Of a stretch of 64,000 bases of DNA, positions 1-13,775 are shown piece by piece (within the stretch, counting starts at the first letter, position 1; every line of letters begins with the position of its first letter). The DNA comes from Lama glama (taxonomy: Eukaryota), in assembly GCA_028534125.1 (NCBI GenBank), contig CM052818.1, positions 29,204,001 to 29,268,000 of the forward strand, read 5' to 3'. The notes under the pieces are model-generated. The model was not told the DNA's origin. It ran no database searches and saw only the letters and a program-made list of their open reading frames with translations. The translations under genes were made by a program, and so were the position numbers.

Positions 1-602
1 TGATTCTAAAATTCCAATAGAAGTGAACATGTTGAGACTAGCCTAAAATTGTTTAAGATGACGAGTAAAGACCTTAGGCAAGGGAAACAAAAGCAAAAAC
101 AAACAACTGAGACTACATCAAAACAAAAAGCTTTTACACAAGGAAAGAAACTGTCAACAAAATAAAAAGACCATCTACTGAATAGAAGAAGAAATTTGCA
201 AATGATATATCTGATAAGAGGATAATATTCAAAATATACAAAGAACTGATACAACTCAACATCAAAAAAAAAAACAAAAAACAAAAAAAACACCTGATTG
301 AAAAATAGGCAGAGAACCTGAATAGACATTTTTCCAAAGAAGGCTTACAGGTGGCCAACAGACACATGAAAAGATGCTCAGTATCACTCATCTCAGGAAA
401 ATGCAAATCAAAACCACAATGAGATAGCACCTCACACCTGTCAGAATGGCTATTATCAAAAAGACAACAAATAACAAGTGTTGGTGAGGATATGGAGAAA
501 AGAGGACTCATGCACTGTTGGTGGTATTGTAAATTGGTGCAAACACCATGGAAATCAGTATGGAATTTCCTCAAACAATTAAAAATAGAATTACCATACA
601 AT

Positions 603-913
603 GAACTCATCTACAAAACAGAAACAGACTCACAGGCTTAGTAAACAATCTTATGGTTACCGGGGAAAGGGGGTGGGAGGGGATCAATTTGGGAGTTTGA
701 GATTTATAAATGTTAGCCACTATATATAAAAACAGATTTTTTAAAAATTTCTTTTGTATAGCACAGGGAACTATATTCAGTATCTTGTGATAACCTTCAA
801 TGGAAAAAAATATGAAAATGAATATATACATATACATGCATGACTAGGGGACATTATGCTATACACCAGAGACTGACACATTATAAATGACTGCACTTCA
901 ATAAAAAAAAAAA
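603..913 (+). mobile_element. Younger 5'-truncated L1 3'UTR nested in the older L1
   Basis: Poly(A) at about 901-914; diverged TSD agaattaccatacaat (587-602) / agaactaacatacaat (914-929). Confidence 0.85.
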
Positions 914-1091
914 AGAACTAACATACAATCCAGAAATTCCCCTTCTGGGTATTTTTTCCAAAGAAAACAAAAACACTAATTTGAAAAGATATATGCACCC
1001 CTGTGTTCACTGCAGCATTATTTATAATAGCCAAGATATGGGAACAACCTGTGTTCATTGAAAGGTGAATGGATAAAGAAGATGTGGTATA

Positions 1092-1136
1092 TGACACAAC
1101 ATTGTGAACTGACTGTAATTCAACAATTTAAAAAAA
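1092..1136 (+). mobile_element. Extremely truncated (about 45 bp) L1 3' end nested in the older L1
   Basis: tgacacaacattgtgaactgactgtaattcaac plus A-tail; TSD agatgtggtata (1080-1091) / agacgtggtata (1137-1148). Confidence 0.8.
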
Positions 1137-1659
1137 AGACGTGGTATATAAATAAAATGGAATTTAACTCAGCCATAAAAAAGAATGAAATCTTGCCATT
1201 TTTGACAACATGGATGGACCTAAGGGTATTTTGTATGCTAAGTGAAATAAGTCAGGGAGAGAAAGACAAATATCACATGAGTTCACTTATGTATGGAATC
1301 TAAAAAACAATGAACATACAAAACAAAACAGAGACTCATAGACACAGAGAACAAAACAAAACAGATACAGACTTACGGATACAGAGAACAAACACCTATA
1401 CATGAATGAATAGGTGAAGGAAATTAAGAAGTGCAGACTTCCAGTTATAAAATAGATGAGTCATGGGGATGAAAAGTACAGCATGGTGAATATAGTCAAT
1501 AATATTTTAATATCTTTGTATGATGACAGACGGTAACTAGATTTACTGTGGTGATCATCTTGTGTTTTGTATAGAAATATCCAGTCACTATGTTGATTAT
1601 CTAAAACATCTGGAAGGTCAATTATACTTTAATTTAAAAAATGAGGACTAATGAGGGAG

Positions 1660-2400
1660 AATGTGCCCTATCAGAAATTAAATATTCTATAACACTACAT
1701 TAATCAAAACATGTATTGCAACTTACTACAGAAAGTACAGTCCAGGAACGGATCCATATACGAATATATATGTAGGAATTCAGAATATCAAAAAGTTATC
1801 TATTCAAATCCACAGGGAAATTATGGATTATCCAGCAATTTCTGTTGAATTAAATAGCTAATAATTATAGATGCATTAAATATTTTAATATAAAAATATT
1901 TATAAAAGAACCAAAAGTAAATAGATGAAAATATTTTTCATGTTTTACAATCTTTGAGTAGGAAAGACCTTTCTTGGCCTGATATCAAAGTCAGATGTCA
2001 TAAACCAAAACATTTTATTACAATAAAATACAAATTTTGTCTGAATCAAAAAAGCTCAATTAACAAATTTAAATATAAATGACAGAGAAAATAATTTGCA
2101 ACATATATGAGAGCAAAGATCCAAAGGAAAACAGGTGATCACCAAAGTGAAAATACAGATGGCCAATACATTCATGGAAAGATGCTCAATTCTGCTAATC
2201 ATTATAGAAGTACTAATGAAACTTTATAACCTCTCAGATTGGAAAACATTCAAATAACTGATAATTTCCTAGGGTACGAGAAAATAGATACTCTCATATC
2301 AAGTTGGTGAGGCAAATACCCACAGTTGTTCTGGAGGACACTCTCTGACGCAGCAATTCCACTTCTAGGACTTGTTCTAAGAAAATCATTGAACAAGCTT
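1660..2400 (+). mobile_element. Old L1 ORF2 fragments
   Basis: Diverged L1-like motifs (gaaagatgctcaattc, gcagcaattccacttctagg). Confidence 0.55.
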
Positions 2401-4162
2401 GCTCAATAATATACATGTATATGTGTGTCCGTGTGTGTAGAATAGTCATACAAGATAATCTATAGGTTAGCAGTAGTTATCTCTACACAGTAGAAATACC
2501 AAGGCCTGAAAGTTAAACTTTCTATTTTCTATGTTTTATGAAAGGTTTTAATGTTTACAATGTTTCTGACTTTCTTTATAATCAGAGAAAGATAGAGAAG
2601 TTTTTCCATTGCCCTCTGCCTAATTGAATTTTCAAAAAATTTTGTAAGTTCTCCCTGGAAACTCATGTATGCAAACATATATTTGGCTTAGAGTCCAGTT
2701 ATAATGAATCTTTTTCTCTTTTCCCTAAAGTTTCTGTCTGTTCTATTTTATCTATATTGCCTTACATTACAAGCTGCTTCAGGAGTATTTTGGGAAGTAG
2801 GTAAATTATAGATCAAAAAATTAATTAATCAGAAACATGATTGTTTAGCACCCATTATAGGTTTATCCACAGATAACTGAATTTTTTTGCAAGTCCCACT
2901 ATCAGTACTTATTCATAATCAAAATTGCTTAAAAATTAACTATTATGGAGTGCCTATTATTTATAGTCTAAATCCATATTTATACTGAGAGTACAAGATT
3001 TTTTTGTGAAATAAAATTCAGTCTGGAAAATTCAGTAAAACGTGGCCTTTCATTTCGTTAAACCAATTGTAGTCAATTTGTCCAACCTTCCCCATGAAAT
3101 TGGAGTTAGAGAGAAGAGAGACAATACAAGGGGTGGCAGGAGAAACAGAGTCCACCTGTGGAGCAAAGAAAGTCTGTCTGCAGAGAACAAAGTGAGCATT
3201 CAGAGAAAAAAAGAGATGAGAGTAGGAGAGAGAACACTTCTGTTCTCCATTTCCTCACACCTTCCTGAGCTGCATCTCCAGGCACTGGGATCCTTTGCCC
3301 ACCTTTCCTGGCACCGAATTGGGTCTGTTACCACCATATCACAGGCCTCCATGCGACCTTATCGCCTTCTCACCCAGCTTCCTTCACCCTTTCCGACCTC
3401 TCCTTCCTGCCTCACATGCTCCATGTAACTTTTCTTTCAGCATCTCATAGTTCCATGGATGTAGAACATTCTTTCTTTTTCCGTAAACATCCTTTCCCAG
3501 CAAAGAGCACATTATACCCCCAAAGACTTGTTCCTGCTGCATCAGAGGATGTACTGAATCCATGAAAGTTGGTGTTTAATCAATCGTCACAGTTTCCAGT
3601 GCCTGAGATATTTCCATCTTTCTCACACCAGTGCTTTGACTCCTTTCTAGATCGAAAACTCTGACATAATCTTGGCCTTTATGAACTGATGTTTCTGATT
3701 TAAATGGCATTGTGCTGTGGTGTCACAGACCTTCAGATACATACAGCTGGAGAAACGATCCAACTTACCAGATTTTTTTCTACCCTCAAGTAACCAATTT
3801 ATTGGGCATTTTACTATGACCCATGTGGGTTTTTAATGAGGAGATTCTAATCCTCAAACAGCCCCTCAGGTGGCAGGGGCAATGACAGAAGTGTCAAGTG
3901 CCTAGGGAACGGATTGGTTCTAAACAGATGAGAGTATTTGCACAAGTGAGACCTGCCAGACAGGAAGGGGACAGGGGGCCTTCCTGGGAGGCTCTTCCCC
4001 AGAGGCCAATGCCGGGTAGAGCTAAGCATCTGCTGAATTGCTCCCCACATGCCGGAGGGCTCTCTTCATGGCCTCCATCTGATTCCTGGGCAACCAGAGA
4101 ATCTACTGGGAAAACAAAGGGGCCTTCTGGTGCTCGTTTTTAACTTTCCTTCAACCACTTAC

Positions 4163-4279
4163 CTCCACTAATTTCCGTATGTGCTTGTTGATGACCGTAG
4201 GGTCTGGCTTTGGCATCACCCCTGATGCCCACTCCAGGGGCACCACGGGCTTGGTGGGCGTTGTAGGGGAGGTAGGCTG
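4163..4279 (-). CDS. RASGRP3: RASGRP3 coding exon 10 (QPTSPTTPTKPVVPLEWASGVMPKPDPTVINKHIRKLVE)
   Basis: TTTTGTGCCAG|CAG tandem acceptor; 117 or 114 nt; GAG|GTAAGT donor. Confidence 0.96.
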
Positions 4280-5499
4280 CTGGCACAAAACACACAGTTT
4301 TCAGCTTTATCTGGGGCCTTGAGCAATTAGAGCCAAGGACACTGAGAAAGATATGTGACATTTGTGTATTAATAATAGCGGTAAAAACTTATGTTTATGT
4401 ATCACTTAAATGTTTTGAAAGCAGACACCAGTGGAATTTTTGTTAGTGGAGTATTTTGTCAATAGACTCTAACCTGTAACTAAATACATGTTTGGACAGT
4501 GCATTCTGGTTAGCAGTAGCTAACCTGTGTTTTTTAGATGGAAAAAAATCGCTCTTCCAGATCATCCAAAAATCCTATTCAAGTTCCCCCAAATAACACT
4601 AAAACACCCTTAGACATCTCTACAACAATCCATACAGTTTTAAAAATATAATGCAAAATATATAAAACACCAGTTATCTAATTCTTAGTGACAAATTAAG
4701 TGTGTGCAGTAAGTGGGCATCAGTGCATGACCAAGTTTCTGCCCTTAACGCCAGCAATGCCAGCATCTCTCCTTATACGCTTAATCACTTCTTGACTGTT
4801 TGGGTAATCATTAGCTCTCTTGAGTCCTCTTTGGTGAACTTCCTTTCTCCACAGGTTTTTCCACATTCTTGCAAGACATTTTCACTTAATATTGTGGAGA
4901 AAATGGTGGCGATAATGCAGAACACGTTTACTCAACACAAGCATGAAACCCAGTCCTACCAGGAGCCCAGCCAAAAGTGCTGTGCACTTTGTATCCTCTC
5001 CCTGGGACTCTCATACGATGAAATATATTTGCTGGTGCACACATACAAGCCTGCACTAGCAGGTTTTTTATTTGATACTGAGTTGGGAATAAACATTTCT
5101 GCAAGAGGAAGTGAGAAATAACTGTATTTAAGCCCCTACCAATGTTGAGAGGTGGGTGTTGCTGGAATCCTGTGGGCCACAAACAGGGTGAAAAATTACC
5201 TGCCTTCTGAATATGGTACCTCCATACTCAGTCACATACAAACACACACACTCGTTCACACATCTCAGCTCTTTTGGTCAAGCCTTTCATCTTACTGTTC
5301 TGATAAAGGATTAAACCCTTGGCTCCTAAACTATACAGCAAGTCACCCTGCCCAGAGCACTGCAGTAAATTCAGAGGAGTAGCAAAAGATATTTCAAACT
5401 TCCAAGGGAAATACAGCAATATTCAACATTTGTCGGATACCTTGTGAACTACCTTCTTGAAGTAGTTCACAACTCACACATTAGACCAGGCAACGTTTC

Positions 5500-5780
5500 T
5501 TTCAATGATATCATATCTTTATGAAGCAAAATGTCAATGTGGAATAAGAAATGAGTAACAATATCCAATCTGATTCCAAGATTTAAGAAATTGTACAGTG
5601 CCCAACAGGCACACACATCCACTATTGAGTAATTGTGGTTATTTAAGAATGAAATAAAAATATTATTATCAGAAAATTATTAGATATTTCTTTTGACCTA
5701 GAGGTACATGAAGTACAACATAAAAAATAGACACTAAGGGTGCCACGACAAACAGAAAACTGTTGAGAGGCTCTGGGACT
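5500..5780 (+). mobile_element. hAT-Charlie-type DNA transposon 3' fragment
   Basis: tgtacagtgcccaacaggcacacacatcc reads CTVPNRH in one frame and AQQAHTS in another; the latter resembles the QAHxSH end of Charlie transposases; Charlie-like terminus near 5775. Confidence 0.55.
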
Positions 5781-7601
5781 AACTAGGTGAGGTCAGCCAG
5801 CACCCGCTGTAAGCACGTTAAAGCTAGAGGATTTAGGAATATCATCAGTAATATAATCCTGACTGGAAATTGTTCTCCAGTTACCAGCATGTGTCAAACA
5901 CAAAGCACAAAGTGGAATGACATTCCACTTAGAGAAGAGACAGAAAGGGATTGGGAAGTGTGTTTTCATAGATTCATAGGATTTTAGCACTTAGGGGGGT
6001 TTTGAAAGCTTCTGCTTTTACAAAAGATAAAAAGATTTTTTTAAAATATTGGATGGAAATGTCTCCTAAAATTGGCAAAACTTTATCCTGAAAATAAAGT
6101 AAATCTAAAGGGCGCAAATCAGGCAAGTGTGCTAAAATGACTATTCCTACCCTGCTTCTGAACAAGGGATGGTGGGAAAGTGACAGGCAGCATCCCGCGA
6201 TAGAAAAAGTACAGGTGATGGAGGCAGATAGTCCTGAGAGTGAATCCCAGTTCTCCCGCTTACTGGCTGTGTGGTCCATGAAAGACACCTATGCTCACCA
6301 GACTGCTTCTTAACACAGTTAATGAGGTAACACATATCTCATGACATGCCAGGTATCCAACAACCAACAGGTAGAAATGAAGGTGCCCAGTTATAGGTAA
6401 AGAAGGTGTCAGAAGGTGGAAATGCTGTGTGTGCATAAATAGTGCAGCTTGCCACACCATGGCCAGCTTCCTCACACCAACACTACGGGATGAGGGAGCA
6501 GCTTATAAATTCCTTTTTCTCAGTAAAGTTACCTTTCTTTCTAGCTCTCTCTCTGTAACCTCACTGCCTGTGCTGTATCTTCTCACATTCTGCAGTGTCC
6601 CCAGGAGACGGGCCTCTTGGAACTGGCAGGGAGGGGAATGTGCTGATGGAACCACCATACTCACTATTTTAAGAACAGATGCTACCAGGTCAACTGACTG
6701 AGACTCAAGGTCATGCCCTCCCACCTGGCCTTCACTGTGAACAGCATTCACAGTCATTCTGCCTCTTTCAGTTCGATGGTTCAGAATTATAGTAGGTATT
6801 AACAGATGGACAGACTTAGGATCTAGAGTTGTTGGTAACATGACAGAATTCAACTGGTAAGGAGGTAACACATGAGATTTCTAATAAGGAAACTGATCTC
6901 AGGATATAAGTGTAAGAAGTAAACATGAACTTTTTCTTCAACATGCAAACCTCATCCTCATTGTAAATTTCTAATTTACCTAGGTATTTTTTTTATTAGT
7001 GCAAAACATATCTGACCTACAGTCTACTTACTAAAAGTAATGAGGAGTGTACATTCAGTAGTGCAATTTCCTCAACTCATTATATAATGTTTCCTTATTA
7101 AGGGTCAGCTATCAATTAAGTGAGACTCTAGCCAATGTGAAATTGAAATGTCGAGCTGAGTTGATCATGAGTACAGAAACCTGTGAATTATGATCAGGGC
7201 ATTTACAATTTATTAAGTCTAATTTTATGTTAAAGGGGATTTTTAAAAAAGCCTAGAGGGTCTAAGTGATCTGTAACGTTAAAATGAATTACTGTATCTT
7301 CATCTTCTTCTTTTTTTTTTTTTTCGGTCCTATATGTAGATGAATTCTCAGAGACGACAAACACATAGAAGAGCAACAATAAAAAGGAGTAATTGTCAAT
7401 GGTATATTGCTTTATTAGCCTCTGATGAGAAGAAATAATTCTCAAATTGTCAGGGCTAAGCTGTTCTAGTGGTAAAATGGGAAGAATACAGATTTTAAAA
7501 ATTTCTTCAATCTTTAGATCACAAAGCACCACTATAATGGCCAATTATTATAAGTGACAAACAATGGTGTTTGGCATGAATCCTTAGAAAACAACACCTA
7601 C

Positions 7602-7679
7602 CGATTTAGAATTTCTAGGCTCCAGCACCAGTGAGAGTTTGTAAATGTCATCTTCTGTGTGATAGAGGTCCAGAGAAAG
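7602..7679 (-). CDS. RASGRP3: RASGRP3 coding exon 9 (LSLDLYHTEDDIYKLSLVLEPRNSKS)
   Basis: TTTTTGTAG| acceptor; 78 nt; TCG|GTAGGT donor. Confidence 0.96.
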
Positions 7680-8924
7680 CTACAAAAAATTAGAAGGAAT
7701 AAATAAGTATATTGGATCATATTTATTTATATATTTATTTGTTACATTGCTGAAATATTTTTCAAACCAAATGCTTAAGCTTAATGTCTAATAATTTTAG
7801 TGAATGCCAAATATTAAAAAGCTATCATGAAGAAGTGGAAAATGAAATTTAAAAAATTAAAAAAAAGAAAAAGTTAAATCTAATGTGGTCTTCAGCATTA
7901 ACCAATAAGGGGTTAATATCCAAAATATATAAACAACTCATACAACTCAACATCAAAAAAATAAACAACTTAGACTGTTGAACAGCATGAATAAAATTTG
8001 CAAAACCTTAAAATGCATGGTCCCATCCACCTAAAACAGAAGTCTTAAGACTTAAAATAAGCCTGGATAATTTCCCCCCGTGCCCTTCAATGTTAAGACA
8101 CATGATGAATCACACCATTTCACCAGCAGTGAAGAGAACCAGGTGCCCTATCATTTTTTTGACCATGTAGGCGTGAAAATTTTCCTTTAATGTATTTTGT
8201 CTAAAGATAAAGACTTAATGTGTATGAGTGTGGAGAAGAAAGAGAAAAAAGGAGGAAGCGAGAGAAAATTCAGAGGCAAAAGTATGTCTTTTAAGGATTT
8301 ATCTTTTTGTTCTATCTCATTTCAAAAAGAAGCTGACATTATAAAATGCCATTTTTGAATCATTCATTCTTTCACTTAACAAATATTTATCGGTCATTTA
8401 ATATGTGTCAGGGACAATCTTAGTCACTATTCTACCTACTAAATACAATATTTAAATTAAGGGTTTCATACATCTGGTCATATATTGCTTTACCTAGACT
8501 TTATCCTAAAGGTATTTTCTAAACATAATAAAGCTGACTTTATTATAAAATTGCCCTTAGCATCATTTCAGATCATGAAAATCCTGCTTACAAAGAATGA
8601 ACACTGTATCCACCTTCCCCTGAACAGCAGTCACTCCTACTTCCAGGGCTCTGCATTTCTGCAGGAGAGGTACCATTCCTGTGTTAGAAATAAATGCTTT
8701 TAGGAGCCAGCCAACTATATAAAAGTGAAGTGGGATTCATGAAAGAGATATTGTGATAGAGACATTGGTATAACAATGTATTTGGAAAAGAGGGTCTTTG
8801 CAAATAACAATTAACTTGGGGATCTTTCCTCTTAGCCTGACAATAAGAAAAATGTGTGATGATTAGTGGAATCTGACACTGGATATCTGGATTAGGGAAG
8901 CAATAGGGGGAGGCGTGGTTTCTG

Positions 8925-9150
8925 ACGAATGAGAGATAGCTACTACTCAGCTAAGGCAAATTGTTGTCAGTCTGACAATTTCCATGTCTTCTAATTTGTC
9001 AAGGGAAGTCATAAATCTGGCGTTTTATATGAAATAGCCCCATTTAAAAACACTGGCACCTAACAACAAAAATTTTTTTATGATTCCATGCGGGCCAAAT
9101 AAAACACATCTACCATGGACAGTTGCCCACCATTTTGTAAATTCCACAAT
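8925..9150 (+). mobile_element. MER45B-like hAT element
   Basis: ctactcagct...aaatctggcgttttatatgaaat...tgcgggccaaataaaacac. Confidence 0.6.
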
Positions 9151-9554
9151 AGAAGGCTGTGCTGGTCTTAAGCCTATGAAAGCAGGCAGCATATCTGTCT
9201 CTGTGATCCTAGTCCCAGCTTGCTGCCTTGCAATGTGAATGCTACGTAAGTAGAGAGAAAACCAAGTGACTTCTTCCTTCTGAATTCCTTTTTATCAGGA
9301 GTTAATCCAGGCTTTGATGGGCATGTTCCTGTCCTCCTGACTTGGCCTCTAGTGACTGGCATCGGCATCTGCTGGAGAGGAGATGACAGCTGTGCTGGAA
9401 CATCCAACCCAAAATCCAAATAAGCTACACACTAAGTAGAAGAGATGCTCTTTCAAAAGACACAGAGCATCCTCAGGTATTTTCATATGTCAGAGGGACT
9501 CTGTGATGGAAATGTTTTGGTCTTCTCCCAGTGTTTGCTCTCCATTTCTTAGTG

Positions 9555-9700
9555 ATAGTATGAACCTGGGGAAGTCATTAACCTTCTTGAGTTTCAGTCT
9601 CCTGCTCTGTTAAATGGGGATCATCAATAATAGCTCCCTCCCAGGACTGTTGTGAAGATTAAATGAGCTAATGTGTATCCAACGGGGTTTATTTAGAAGG
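9555..9700 (+). mobile_element. MIR SINE
   Basis: Core gtttcagtctcctgctctgttaaatgggga...tgttgtgaagattaaatgag. Confidence 0.75.
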
Positions 9701-12700
9701 CCACACAGATGAGAACTATTGAGTTTGACTCCCGGTCAATGCAGTGGCCAAATGCCACTGTGCTCATCCATGAATGCAGAGCTGTCTTCCAGGTTATTCC
9801 TGCCATCTCTCTGCATTCCCAGCCACAATCCTACTTGCTTTCTCGGATCTCCTCTGGGCTTTATGGCCCTTCACAGAGTGACCTGTTCTACTTTCTACAC
9901 ATCTTTTTTTTTATAAAAAGATGAGGTTTCAAAACGTTTGCTTCAGTCTAACGTATTTTAAGTTTGATTGTTTCTGATGTTCTGAGTCACTGTTTCAGGT
10001 TGTTGCATTTACATCCACGCCTATCCGCAAAGATGGTTGTGGGTTTAGTCTGCACCTTAGGACGGACATTGTCTTGACTGGAGAATTGGAAAATAAAACA
10101 CACTCATCAAACTATCTCCATTCACCATTTTTGCAATTATTTCTTCTCCTCCTCCTCCTTCTCCTTCAATTGTAAAAGTACAGGGGCTTTCCAGTAATTT
10201 GCATATACCCAGAATGGTAAAAGTAACTGATAGATCTAAAAATACTATGAAAAAATCAGACTATTTCATACACCATGAAACAAGAAGCATCAGCTTTGAA
10301 AGCTCCTGGTAACATGAATTGGGATCATCGTGGAAAATGTCTTCTTCAGATCTTCCCTGAAAAGGGAAACAGTCCAGATCCCAGCAGCTTGGTGGTGTGG
10401 TCCTCTTTCCTTCATGTGCTCAGTGCTGTTCAGGAAGCTAAGGTTACAATGATAAAAATGGCAAAAATAGTCCCTGCTCTTATAGATTCTGTTTTGTAAT
10501 TAACTTTCTTTAAATCCGTGAAGAGGGAGAGATATTATTTAATTTGTAGAGATGCAAAATAAAATGAATGTCAGCAATATTCCCACATAACAGATTAAAT
10601 TTCCATCAGAGAGAGGAAAAAAAGGCCCAAGCTGGGATTCAGAAGTCTGCTATTTGCAGACTTGACCTTTATGAATCTCAGCTTCTTCATTTGTAAAATA
10701 GGGACAAGGGTGTTACACCCTCTGAGGTCATATCAGGGTGCATGTAAGAATCTACTGAGGAAATATATATGAAAAGTTCTGTGAAAACTGTAACCAATTA
10801 TTACAGAAAGTTCATCCCACTGCAGAGAGTAAGCATTTAGTAACTGTTGACTAACTTTAAAGTTCTCATTCTCTTTCTTCCAGGGCTCTCAATCATATTA
10901 TCAGCTTCCTCACCTGGGGCCACGTTTAGAAGCAGTCTCTTCAGGCAGAAACTTGACCAAGACAAAAAGAATTACCCCTTCAAAGGCTGTGCTTATGAAT
11001 GATCTCACATGCATTTGGGCAGCTGCAGGCGACCATACAGTTTGAATCCCGGTGTGTATGTGGTTCATGAGATGCCTATTGGGCTCTAGTAACACCTAGT
11101 GGGAGTCTCCTCCAACTTTCTTCTGAAGGGATTAGTCCACCTGTGGCCAGGAAGCAGGAATGGGTATTCCTCTGCACTGAGCCTTCTCTTTGTTTATGGG
11201 GAGAGAGGAAGGATCTTAGCTTTAACTAAATAGAAGCTGTCTCAGTGATCGTGCTCATATGCGGGACTGTGCTATCCTAATTAACAGCTGCGCTGGAACC
11301 ACAGAATCAGGTTGACACTCGGTTCCTTATTCCCAAGGCTCTACAGTTCCTTACATCTAGAACCAGAAAAGGTTAGAGCTGGATGAGACCTCACAAATGA
11401 GCACTGAACCCTTTAGGAAAAATCCAAAGTCAAGGCCATTTAGAAAAGGAACAAAGCTAAGTAACTGTGGAAGCAGGGCTAAAAGGTAGGTCTCCCATCT
11501 TGGGATTCTTGTCGCTAGCGTACACTATACTACATAACATTGCCATTACTAAATATGGTGCTAGGTGGCTTCTGGACTTTCCTTCAATACGAGAGAGAGA
11601 GAGAGAGAGGGAATGAGTCTTTTTCTTGTTTCTTTCCTTCCCAGCAAAAAGGAATTATTTCTTAGTTTTTATTTCTAGAGTTAAGATTTTTCATTTGCAC
11701 CCCAAAAATTTCATGCAAAAATCCTTCAGTATTTCTCTAAATATCTGTCATGATATTGCTTGCTGCATTTACAACTCAAAAATTTATTTTCTCTGCTCCA
11801 TCATGATCTTTTTTCTGGATGAGAAATTGCCCCAAGTGTGGGCATCTGCTCTGTGAAATTATCTTCCATCTCAGAGAGACAGTCTGGACACAGACACTTG
11901 AAACCTGGGCTACACCTTGGGACTGGTCTGCAGACATCACCTGTGCCTGTGGGTTTGCACTCTGATTGGGGCTGCAACTCTGGTCACTTATTCATAGAAA
12001 CAGATTTACATGGCAAATGATTAATAAATGCAGGTGCCTGGATTATTGTGAGGTTTTCCCCCACAATAGAGAATGTCTGTGTATTTACTATTTGTCACAC
12101 AAATTCAACCCCAAGAGATTTGTGTTTCTGTGTGTTGACCACTTCTGCTTTACACTAAGAGTGCAGCTGCCATTACTGCCTACACCTAGGGGTTCTATTC
12201 TTTGGTAAGCAATTATGTGTTCTAGGAACAGTTTGTGGGAAGGTCTAGGAACGCACTCTTATTCCTATGCAGCAGTCCTAGAGAATTTAGCCCTTCAGAG
12301 CTTCAGAGCGGTTCTTTTCTTTTCCTATGGCCATTGGGAGGAAGTAGTCAATTCAGTATTGCAGCCAAGTTTCAGATGCTACAGTGTTACAAACCCAAAC
12401 AAGGAAGTTGCTCCTCCACTTGTTTAAGCAGGGGTGAGAGAATTTGCTTATGCTTCTTGCCCCCTGACAAAGCAGCAGCCAATGCGAAATGTTCTCTTCT
12501 ACACACCTGTGTATCTAAAAGTGCTAGGACCTACAGACCAGCTAAAGGTATGTGCCACAAATGCCAAAAAGTATGAGCAGTAGATGAATTTCTTCTGACC
12601 CATATTATTCCTAAATACAGCCCTCAGTTCATCTGTTGAGCTCCAAAATATGCCAGGTTGTGTGTGAGGTGCTGAGGACATGTGATGTAGAAGGCATGTA

Positions 12701-13499
12701 AACAGAAAAAAAGAAAATCTAATGTCAAGTGATACCTCCTATAGTTAAAGTACAAAGTGCAAGGGCAACACGTGACAGATGTATGACTGCTTTGGAAGGG
12801 AACAGAGAACGCTCCAGAAAGATAGAGGCTTTTGAATTTAAACTAGTCACAGGGGTGGGTTTTTCCAAGAAAATACAAAGGCTCAGAAGCCGAAAGCAGC
12901 AGTTTGTGGTGGAAAGTAGAGGACCAATAGTTCCCAAAGGCAGGTGTGATGCAGGATCAGATGATGACAAATGAGGATAGGCTGACCATCAGAAAACAAG
13001 TCCTGAAGGGCCTCGAATGCCAGGCTGGGAACTACATCTGGTGGTTTGGGGAGGTTGGTAGTGGTCGGGGACAAGGAGATGACAGAGATGGTCTCTACAT
13101 TACTCCAGGCCTCAACTACAGCAGTGCAGTGAGGATCCAGGGAAGCTGGTGAGTCGAGGACACGTAGAAGGAGGTGATGACTGAGATGAGTGTGATGCAG
13201 GAGAGTGAAGCACTGACGACAGGGCTGGAGAGGGCTCTAAGAACTTCAGAAGTGGGAGATGTAGGGATAGAGACTGGGCCCCTCAAAGCAAAGGGAATTT
13301 TTTTTTTGCTAGATTATTCTCAAGTCATGCTGATTATGGGTGTGGGTTTCTCTCTCTTCATCCTTTGAGATTTCTTCCCATTTATTAACCCTGAATTCAA
13401 ACCCCACTCCCTCCAAATAGTGAAATGCTGGCACAGCTCTTCCTGTATCCCCTGGGAAGTGATGAGTTATTACCACAAACTTCAGTCCCTTGGACTCAC

Positions 13500-13775
13500 C
13501 GTGAGCAAGTTGATCAAATCCAGGTTGGGTTCCAAGTGGTGAGAGGCGTTCTGCAGGGAGACCAGTTCACTCAGGGTAACAGAGAGCTGGTGCATTTTCA
13601 CAATGTTCACTTTGTTCTCCTCTGTCCAGTCTGGGAAAATGACATGGACTGCTATCAAGTCTTTCAAGTGGACGCCAAGGATTGGGATTTTGAAGCCATC
13701 GCAGTCAGCAAAGGCCTTGCGGTAATTACAGTAATTGCCGTTGGAGGAGACCAGCTCCATCATTTCATTCCAGTT
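13500..13775 (-). CDS. RASGRP3: RASGRP3 coding exon 8 (NWNEMMELVSSNGNYCNYRKAF...IPILGVHLKDL...EPNLDLINLLT)
   Basis: CTCCCAG| acceptor; 276 nt; ACG|GTGAGT donor; ORF 13482..13763. Confidence 0.97.

Larger units (their letters stand above)
65..1641 (+). mobile_element. LINE-1 3' portion (ORF2 end plus 3'UTR), decayed
   Basis: ORF2 C-terminal motifs (atgcaaatcaaaaccacaatgagat, gccataaaaaagaatgaaatcttgccattt), 3'UTR and A-rich end. Confidence 0.92.

Noticed and set aside
6..1303. ORFs overlapping the first 1.3 kb
   Set aside because: Sense or antisense fragments of decayed L1, not host genes
3480..3720. Search for the next RASGRP3 exon (SVFRNYD..., EF-hand)
   Set aside because: No matching sequence seen in 1-4162; it must lie left of the window
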